Source: the human T2T-CHM13v2.0 reference genome, Homo sapiens. From it: 64,000 nt of DNA. Below the pieces are notes generated by a model, which was not told the DNA's origin, did no database searches, and worked only from the letters and a program-made list of their open reading frames with translations. Position numbers and translations under genes: made by a program. Where the stretch lies: NCBI RefSeq assembly GCF_009914755.1, contig NC_060942.1, one strand, 5' to 3'. How positions within the stretch are numbered: the stretch's first letter is position 1; each line of letters starts with the position of its first letter. Positions 53,964 through 64,000 of the stretch are shown in pieces.

Positions 53964-56900
53964 TCTACATAAATATATTGAGTAGACATTACATGTTTTC
54001 CTCAATTTGTGAGATTTGTGGAATTTGTGGATTACTGCTTTTTGTTCTCTTTGTTCCTAAGAATGTCTAACCCCTTTCCAGCTGCTTAGCTGGCCTTGGG
54101 CACTCTCTCCTGACAACTGAAGCATATAAGACTTGGGCTTTCTATGAAGCAACACACTGTTAAGCAGAAAAATTATATATCTTGTCTAGTACACATCTAA
54201 CTTTCAATAATAGATTATATTTCAGCCTCTGCCTATCTCTTCACCAGGCTCCCTATTATTTCTTTTACATGTGCATGGTTTAAATTCAGTCAATGATATG
54301 CCAAGTTTTATGTCTATACTCTGAATCTTACTAATTCTGTACTCCCCCCTTGCTACCAGAATTTTTTCCTTTGTATTTTTAACTGAACTATCTGCCTCAA
54401 TGTTATATTTTTGGGCACAATGAACAAATAATACTGTGTTTTTTGTTTTAGTTTTTACCTCTAAAGCCAAGGGAAGATGGAGGGACAATTAGTCTAAAAA
54501 AATTCAAATTCAGATTCAAATTCGAACTCTTACCCCTTCCAATTGCAGTTTTTTTAAAGAATAATCTTTCTACCTTATTTGTTCTTTCTGATACATTAAG
54601 ACATATTTAGCCAGTTTTCATAATTATTATCTGCAGAGGGCTCAAGTGATCCCTTTTTTCTGTCAACATTACTGAAGTTTCTTCAAACTTGGTTTTTGAT
54701 CTTTTAATCCAGTTCTATAGATTGTTAAATATGAATTTCATAGTAAGCTATTGTTTTATTTCTCATAGTTTACATATTTTTGTCATAAAAACAGTTAAAT
54801 ACATATTTACATAAACATAATAAGTTATACACATTTATAGACATCTGTAAGTGTATTGACAAGAGAATAAGTGCATTCTTTGTTTCTTACATATATGGTA
54901 TTCTAAGTATATTTTTTCATATTTTGTTGTATGTTTCTTTCTGTGTCTATATGTGGAAGACTTTTAAAGTTTTGTTTGTATTTCTTCATTTAAGGAGAGT
55001 CTTTATGTTTGGGAGGAATTTGTCAACATTTCACTTTTGTTTCATCTATTTCTATGTTTATGCCATTAACTAATGATGCCAGGACCATTAACAAATAGAG
55101 ATTGCCATGAAATTTCATCTAGAGACTACTTACCTCAAATAATTTCAGATTAAAATTTAAAATAGACGTGATTCTTCAACTTTTATATCAGTCATGGTTT
55201 TTCTTTAAAAAATTGCCATTTTGTGAAAATGGCAGAAGTTAAAAGCTATATACTAACGGAAAACCCATACACTAAAATTCAAATTCAACCAAGAATAGTA
55301 TTTCTCCTTTTTTTTTTATAAAGGTTCTATTTTAATTTTCTGTTCATTATACAATCATACAGCCTCACAGTTCCATATTTTTTAATAAAATAAAAGTCTA
55401 GATATCAGACCTGGATAAAAAATAAATTATTTCTCTTTTTAATTAAAAGTTAAATGACCTTCTTGGAGGAAATATTTTTTTTCCAACTTTATAAATAAGA
55501 TTTCAGACTTCATAATACAGTTTTCTGATCCTAGTGGGAACTTAATAATTTTTTACTACAACTGAAATGTACTTTGCATATTGAAAACCAAAGCAATACT
55601 TTTGTACCATACATATGTACAGAAAAGGAAAATGATAGAACAACAAATACAAAATCAGAAACTAAGATGCATTGGGAAGCATGTCAGGGATCGGGAGGAT
55701 TATTTTTATAATGTCAAATGATTATTCTACTGAAACTATTTCTATGGTGGTAATATCTTCGTTTTATTTCTCAATTTAACATAATATATTTTAATTAACT
55801 TGTAATTTAATCCACGTTTGTTAAAAATAATTTCTTTTTAGGTAGGTATGGTCTAAGAAAAATAGGAACAGAATATAAATATTTCTTTTGTTTTGCAGGA
55901 CTATGTTGGCAAAATAAATTACTTTAATAGCATAATAAAAAACAACCTTGTTAATTTATACGTGCATAACCTTTTTGTTGAGAGCATAATTGATGAGTCT
56001 TGTTGCTATCTTCTAACAGGCCATTCTGATGGGAAGGGTTGGTAGGATTGGGTAAGCAAGAATTTGAAATCATCATCCACCAGCTGAACTTTTTTATTTA
56101 GTGATTAATTTATTTAATTCTAAATGTAGTGTTTGCCCCCACTGACTCCTTCATAAATAATTTGTTTAAACTAATTAGAGTAATAAATTAGATTTAAAAA
56201 GGTAAATGTATTCAACATCAATGTATAAATCAGTGAAGAAATGTGGATAAAATAGATTTGGAATTAATTTAAGAAACCATTAGCAAAAGAAATAAGATCA
56301 AGATGGATAAATAATAAAATGTGTTATTTGATTGGTTCATTATTTCATTTATAGGTCAATAGTGAATTTAAAAAGAAAAAACACTACTACAGCAAAAATG
56401 TTATTGCTGAATATGGACTGCAAATATATAGATTATTATATCTATCTAAATCACTCGCTTATATAAAAATTAACATCTTCACATATAATACCTAACTGTT
56501 ATAAAAAAGCCAATCAATCTCTATTGGATAAGCTCAAATTTATTATAGCAAAGATTCCTAGCCTAGGAATTGAGTAAGAAGTTCTATTCCCTGTATTTTG
56601 ACATAAAGGGAGCCAGTTTGACAATTGTGCTCTCAATATATATTCTAGGGAAAACAAACAAAAATAGACTAGTCCTAGATTTGCCAAGTAAACATTATGA
56701 AGGTGTATTGGCATATTCTGCGTGAATATCCTCCTAAGTTCCCACAGCTGGAAGCATTTGTAATCACAGAGCTTTTATTGCAAACAAGAAGTTAGCAATC
56801 CTTCTCTAGCTGAATATTCATCTATCAGTACCTTTGAAGTTAAATACAAAGGAGCCCCAGAATAAAAGGAGAAATCGTCATTTAAAAAATTCATCAGGTT

Positions 56901-57045
56901 ATGATTCTGATAATTTGGCTACATGTAAATTATCGAACTACTTTTTATTTTTGTCAGAATGTTTGGTATTATTATGTAGACACAAACTGTGTTGTTATTT
57001 TAAATTTACAACCCTATAAAATACCTGTTCAAATATCCTAACATC

Positions 57046-57617
57046 TGTGCAGAAGGCAGCTTCTGAAATGACTGTCATGTACACCAGCCTCCAGCTACTC
57101 ACATCTTTGGGTAATCTGTTCCCCTTGAGAGTGAGTTAGACCTTGTGTCCTGTTTCTAGCAAACAGAATATGGCAAAAATGATGGGACACCACTTCCAAG
57201 ATTAGGTTAAAAGGATTGTGACATACGTCTCACTTGCATACTCTCTTTGTTGCTTCTCTTTACCAGATTTGATGAAGCCAGCTTTCATGTTACGAGCTAC
57301 CTCTGTGGAGAAGCCCACATGTCAAGAGAGTGGATGACCCTCTTGCCCACAGCCAGTGAGGAATGGAGGCCCTGAGGCCAATGGGCTACAAAGAACTAAA
57401 TCCTGTCAACATTCATATGCATGACCTTGGAATCAGATCCCACCCCCATCAAGGCCTGACATGACTGCAATCCCAGCTGACATTTTGATTGTAGTCATGT
57501 AAGAGTCCCAGAGGACCCAGTTAAGCTAGGCACAGTCTCTTAATGCGGGGAAATTGTGAAGTAATTAGTACTGTTGTTTTGGGATAATGTGTTACGTAAC
57601 AAGAGACAGGTGATACA
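57046..57617 (+). mobile_element. MLT1F-like MaLR solo LTR, complete
   Basis: tgtgcagaaggcagcttctgaaatg...cagaatatggcaaaaatgatgggac...acagccagtgaggaatggaggccct...gaggacccagttaagct...tgataca. Perfect 5-bp TSD acatc (57041-57045 / 57618-57622). Confidence 0.9.
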
Positions 57618-58385
57618 ACATCTCTGAGATTCTCAACATGTTTGGTAAAAATAATTAAACTGCTTTTAATGTATATGTCATGATTAATGTTATCTATAAT
57701 GAGTGTATTAGGGATACATTAATATTCACAAAGACTATATAGCTATTAACTAATTGTTCTGTGGCTTATAGACATAATTTTGGATGATTCGTTCTTTTTT
57801 TGCCACTAATAAATATACAAAAACCTTTCATGTTTTAAAATGAATAAAAAGTTATAATTCTGAAGAGGTCCTTTATTTAAATGAAACACACTAAAACCAT
57901 TGAATTTTAATATTTATATTATGAAATGATCTGCCACTGTTTTTTGTAAGTGTACCTGCTATTATGACTATATTTTCAAGTTAAAGATTCATGACGTTTT
58001 TGTGAGAAAATATTTTAAAAACTTGTTAATTTTTTCAGATTAACTACAAAAAATCTATTGTAAAAATTTATAAAATACTAATAATTAAGTCTCTTTATTT
58101 TCATGTCAGTGCTCTTAAAATATAGGTTGTTTCAAAAACAGTAGCAATAAAAATGTCAATTCAGAATTCCTTCAGGGATGACCCTAAGTCTAACAGGTAT
58201 ATCCTTTGAAACAAGAAAAATATCTAGCACCTTGGGAAATGAAAATAGTACATTTTTATTTTCTCTTAATAAAATTAACTCAGATTGTCAATTGTTTATT
58301 GTTTCTGTTTGATACCATTGAGGTATTTGTTCCAGAGATAAAAATATGTATGCTGAAAATACTGGAAATTTTTGGATGTATTTTA

Positions 58386-58749
<364 letters not shown>

Positions 58750-59519
58750 CTAAAAACTAAATAATGTCAAAAGTACATAGCTTCACCCTTAAAAAGGGCT
58801 ACAGTATAAACCAGCCAGTAACCAATACCTTTCTGTAATTTTAATAAATATAAAGGTGTTTATTCCATCCATAGTCGTTTTATCCTGGATTAAGACTGTC
58901 TCTTCACAGTTGGAAGAACGTTGTTTACTTCGAGAAGCCTTTGACATTCCATCATTCCTTTTAATCTTTGAACTGAAGTCGAGACTTCTGAAGTTTAAAA
59001 GATGGCTCCTTAAACCCCAAGGGAAGAATAAAACTTCTTGAAAGGCAGAAAATTCAAAAGTAGAATCTTCTTGCTTTTTAAAGAATGGTGAAAGAAAATC
59101 ACTAGCTATTGAATAGAAACTCTAGAGCTTATACAAACCCCACTGTCCCACACAGTTCTTGTCAACTAATGAAGGTAACAAAAAAAAAAAAACTGAGAGT
59201 GAAATGAGAACAGTTTCTCAAACATAATTGTGACTACAGGAAATCAAAGGTAATTCAGAAGCTCAAAAAGTAAATCATTAATGTGGAAATTTAATATAAC
59301 TAGGTTTAGGAAAGAAAATTTGGCAGACTATATTGGAAGTTATTCACTTTTCTTCTGTCTTTCCATTATGAATCCCTTGTCTGTATGCATGAAAATGTGC
59401 TGTAGTGGTTATTAACAATAATTATTTTCTTTCTTTAGCTATGAACACTTTTAACGAAAACTTACTCAACAGCCAATATATAAAACAGGCAAACTGATAC
59501 TCCTTTTGAAATCCCTTCT

Positions 59520-60250
59520 AGTAGAAGAAACATTGAATTTCCATTTACAATAATATGGAAGACTCAATCAGAAAAGACCCTGCATAAAATGATATTTTGA
59601 TTCATTGCTAGGCTTTTAGAAAGGAATAAAAATTTTAACAGAAAAGGAAAGAAAGGGAAAAAAATAAAAGTTAAGAAAATGAAACACACAAAAAACAGAC
59701 ATAGTTCCCAAGCTGACATAAAATTTGTGATGTCCCTCAGTGCACGTATGAATTAGCCGTGTGATATTCATACTGCATCTAAGATGAACATCAAGGAGAG
59801 GGAGGCAAACCTAAGAACCCTGATTAATTCTTAGAATCTGAGAAATGGCTCGAGTGGTTCCAGGTTATTTTCTCCCAAGGAGATACAGATGCAAACCCAA
59901 TAATTTTTACACATTAATTATCCTCAATTCAGGCTATCAGGTTTTCTGTAGATTAATATAATTCAAATAAATTTAAAAATTAATGAAAACAAAAAGAGAG
60001 ACGGCCATCATGAATGAAAGTCCATAGAAACAGCAAAATAACTTTATAATGTTAAATACCTTAGTTATTAGAATTAATAGAGAATATAAAATTAATCTGA
60101 ATGCAAAATATGAAATAGAAAGCACATGTGATCAAAATAATCAGCAAATTATAATATATTATTTTTAGAGGCATATTAAAACTATTTAAAGTGGAAAATA
60201 TGTATAATTGTCTAAATAAAAAACAAAATAAATGAATCTGTGCCAAATAA
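59520..60250 (+). mobile_element. Probable L1ME/HAL1 5'/ORF1 relic
   Basis: A-rich text such as gccatcatgaatgaaagtccatagaaacagcaaa...ttattagaattaatagagaatataaaat. Lies upstream of and colinear with the L1ME ORF2 relic. Confidence 0.4.
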
Positions 60251-60559
60251 GAATAATAACTCTCTTGATAGGGTTATCACTGGCCATATTTGGGCTCATT
60301 TGAATCATAGAATAATGATAGTGGGAAGAATACGGCTAACAGCTGGTTTTTAACTTATTCTTTCTCACCAGGGATGTTCAGGCAAATGAATGTCCTTAAC
60401 CAGAATTCCCTGTAAATCTGATCTTTATAGTGATTTTTTACCAGGTTTCCTTGTAGTAATGATTTAACAGGAAAGGAAAAAAAATGCCGTTATTTATAGC
60501 ATATATTTTGTTAGTACAGTCTTGATCTTTTACAACTGGTCATTTGGGGGAAAAAAATG

Positions 60560-61004
60560 AAGATTTTTGGACAGGACATGTCACTCCTTTCATTACAAAT
60601 GTAGAGTTATTTCTCCTCCCCTTAAATCTAAGCCCACTCTGTGTCCTGTTATGACCAATAAAATGAGGTAGAAGTGACCCTGTGTCCATTTCAGTTGGCA
60701 AGAGAGGCCGTGTAGAAAGGAGATGATATTAAAAACATCATGTGGAGAAAAAAGCCACATAGAGAAGAACAGTCACCTTATTCAATAGCATAAAGTTCTC
60801 GGATATAAGAGAAGCCTTCTTGGATTTTTGATCCCTGTTTAGCCCCTAGATAAATGCAGTCACATAAGTAGCCCCAGGTGGTACTTTGTGAGGCAGAAGC
60901 AACAACAAGTAAATCTCTTAAATTTTAAGACTAGTAAACCATTTTGTTGCTTTAATACACCAAGTTTTAGAATGTTTCTTTTGTAGCAATAGATAACTGA
61001 TAAA
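60560..61004 (+). mobile_element. MLT1G/H-like MaLR LTR
   Basis: ctccccttaaatct...tgaccaataaaatgaggtagaagtgac...gaagccttcttgga...ttgttgctttaatacaccaagtttt...gcaatagataactgataaa. Confidence 0.8.
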
Positions 61005-61439
61005 CAGACTAACAATGCCATAGAATCTCAATGGCAAGAAATGAAACTATAAGACTGTGAAATACAATCAACAATTGATTCTCCATAGGAATAGCACTAT
61101 AAGAAGAAAGGGTGATCAAATTAATTGCTAAATTTATGAGTAAAGATAAAAGGCCTTATCATTACAAAATAATAATGCCGGTGTCTAAATAATAGGGCCA
61201 TAAAAATGGTAGAACATGAGTGATGCAGAATAGAACATAAAGCAGGAAAAGTGTGGCCTGAGTTACTGTTCTCAGGAACCTACTGCTTAAGAGAGCCATA
61301 TTTTTCAACAGTCTTACTGATGTGTATTAAACTTTGTTAAGTACATGAGATAAAATCAGAAGAATCAATGTTAAGAAATAAAAAGTTTATATAACTTCCA
61401 AACTGTAAGTCAGTAATGGAAAATAGTGGAATAACACAA

Positions 61440-63935
61440 ACAAAAAATGAAAGCAATAAAAGTCAATTTAAAGCAGCAAAATATTTAAAATATGCATAGT
61501 AAAATATAAGCTCAGACTTATTACTAAACACAATAAATGTAAATAATATAAGTTTAGAGAAAGAAGTCATCTGATTAATTTTTAAAAGATTTTTTGTACT
61601 TTGTTTATAAGAAACAATCCCAAATCAAGTGGAGAGAACTGGAAACCAATGGAAAGAAAAAGATTTACAAGTGGATACCAGCTAAGAATTGCATGTGTGT
61701 ATTGAATTTTCAATTGATCTAAGAGTTACAACATTACAAACGCATCAAGATATAAAGTACCCTGAAAATACATAAAACTAAAATTGATAAATCCTCAGGG
61801 AGAAAATTTTAGATACATCATCACAATAAAATATTTCAACTTATTTCTTTTAGATATATAAAAAACTGGTACAAATGTAGATGAATTGACAAACATTCAT
61901 AAGCTTGGTTAATGAAATATTTATATAAGGAATTAGTGACCTGAGCAACAAACAGTGATATGTCCTCTTTTTAAGTACATATAGAACATCTATAAAAACT
62001 CAACATATTTTAGGCTATAAAAATAAACTTTAATGAAGTATTAATGTCAATAGACTATAAGTTCTATGAAGGCAAATGAGTTTTGTCTGTTTATTCACCA
62101 GGCTATCTGAAGAACAAAGACAAGTACCTACTGTGCAGTAGGTACTCAACGAATACTTGTAGTTTGAATGAATGCAATAATATTTTCAGACTCAAATCTG
62201 TTCAAACAGATGCCAATAACAAAAACATAATGAAAATGAATATGAATAAATGTATAATTCTGAATGGCCAATGTCAAAAGAAGGAATCATAATAAAATAT
62301 AAAAGTACAATACTAAAAATAAACTAATATTGAAAATATTACCCATTAAAATGATGGGAAGTAGTTAATGGATACCTAAGAAAAAATACGTTACCTCAAA
62401 TATGAACATGAGAAAGAAAAAAGCTGATAGTGAACTAAAAGCCTAAAATTAAGAAAATAGAGAAAAATAAAATGAAATTAAATCCAACAAAGTAAAGTTA
62501 AATCAAAAGTTGATTCTTTGAAATGACCAAAAATATACACAAAGCTTCTAATAATTAATAGGACTTATCAAAGAGAGAAGAGAAAATAAATTATAAATAA
62601 TTGATTTTTAGAATGAAAATTTGACATACGTACATATCTAGCAAATATTCAATTTAATAGAATAATATAACAAATGCAGTCCAGTATATTAGAAAATGTC
62701 CAACAAATTGAACTTAAAAATCAACCTCAAGAAGAATTTTAAAAGCTATCTTGGAACCTTAAATAAATTGATTTGGGAGTTCAAATTATTACTCTTGCGC
62801 TAAACGTATACCTAAAGAAAACACTAGAATAAAATTGTTCTATAACAGTGGTCTGATAAACTTTCAAAGAACAGATCACTCTAATATAAAAACAAGACAG
62901 AAACAAAATCTTTTAGAGAAAAAATAAAGAAAAGGACTACTACACAAAATTTTACATGAGGCCAGCATAACCTTGATGCCCAAACCGAAAAAGATACGAG
63001 GGAAAAACAGAAGTCACACCAAGGTGCAAATATCAAATCAGCAATTATAAAATAAATACACAATAGTCTTGTTGGTTTTATTGATGATTAGAAAGTATAT
63101 TATGATACAATACCATATTTATAAGTTACAATGGAAAAGACATGAGATTTTTATCAATAGATGAAAAAAAGCACGTTAATATTCAAACCTTAACCTTCGG
63201 TGAAAGACCTATACTTTGATAACTACAAAACGTGTTGATTAAACTTAAAGAAGACCTAAACAGGAGGAGAAATAGAACATGTTCATTGGCAAGAACAAAA
63301 TGTGACTTAAACAAATTTTTAAAAAGCATAATAAATTGAACTTCATAAAATTAAGAACTTCTGCTCTTTGAAAGACACTCTTAAGATAATGAACAGATAA
63401 AGTACACTAAAAATATTTGAAAGTCACATATCTCAAGAAAGACATATTCAGAAGATATAAATCATCTCAAAATTCGATAAACTTATTAAAAATAATGGAC
63501 AAATATTTTAACAGACACTTCCCCAAAGAAAATATAGAGAAGACGAAAAAAAGCACTTGAAAAAATGCTCAACATCATTATGATCTACAGCACAATGAGA
63601 TACTACTCCACACTTATTTGAATATCTAAAATTTAAAAGACTGACTATGCCAAGTGTGGGTGACAATATGGAGAAGATGGAAATCTTATCTACTGCTCAG
63701 AGGATTGTAAAAATTTTGAACGACTTTGGATAACAGTTTGCCAGCTTCTTAAAAAGTTAAACATACACAGACCATGTGATTCGGATATTGCACTCTTAGG
63801 CATTTACCCATGAAAAATAAAAGCATATATTCATACTAGAATTCTACACATATTTTTTGTAGCAGCTTTAGTAATAATAGCTAAAAACTGTAAACGATAC
63901 AAATGTTCATCAAGGGAATGGATGAACAAATTTTG
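61440..63935 (+). mobile_element. Highly diverged L1ME ORF2 and 3' region
   Basis: acaataaatgtaaat (ORF2 start)...aaatcaaaagttgattctttgaaa...tgaggccagcataaccttgatgcccaaacc...ttaacagacacttccccaaagaaaatata...tgcactcttaggcatttaccca. Confidence 0.8.
62051..62174 (+). mobile_element. L2a 3' end nested in the L1ME
   Basis: tagactataagttctatgaaggca...tttgtctgtttattcacca...agtaggtactcaacgaatacttg...tgaatgaatg. Confidence 0.8.
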
Positions 63936-64000
63936 GTTGGTGCAAAAATCTTCACAAAGGAGTGAATATTAACCAAGATGTTAACAGATGTAATTAAGAT

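Noticed and set aside
55880-55940. Strong acceptor ttcttttgttttgcag followed by AATAAA as a terminal exon
   Set aside because: Both motifs are common in AT-rich DNA, and there is no supporting upstream exon.

Overview
This is AT-rich, CpG-poor primate genomic DNA, very probably human: it contains an Alu with AluYa5-lineage diagnostic bases and all CpGs intact. I find no credible protein-coding gene, RNA gene or CpG island. Every recognisable ORF is repeat-derived (L1 ORF2, Alu, MaLR internal). The window is a dense retroelement graveyard: 7 Alus, L1s from L1ME to L1PA3, L2/MIR/MER5 relics, solo LTRs (MER21C, MLT1, LOR1, THE1) and one complete MSTA provirus with its TSD. I cannot support a new biological system. 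The most notable signals are: (1) a probable ancient L1 3' transduction at 674-1104; (2) a very young AluYa4/Ya5-like insertion; (3) two, possibly three, twin-primed 5'-inverted L1s; (4) recurring perfect short inverted repeats and micro-inversions, several of which overwrite repeat consensus sequence, including the same L2 3' hairpin perfected in two separate copies; (5) a THE1 LTR that keeps a DUX4 motif, a TATA box and a splice donor. Subfamily names come from my recall of consensus sequences, not from a database search.
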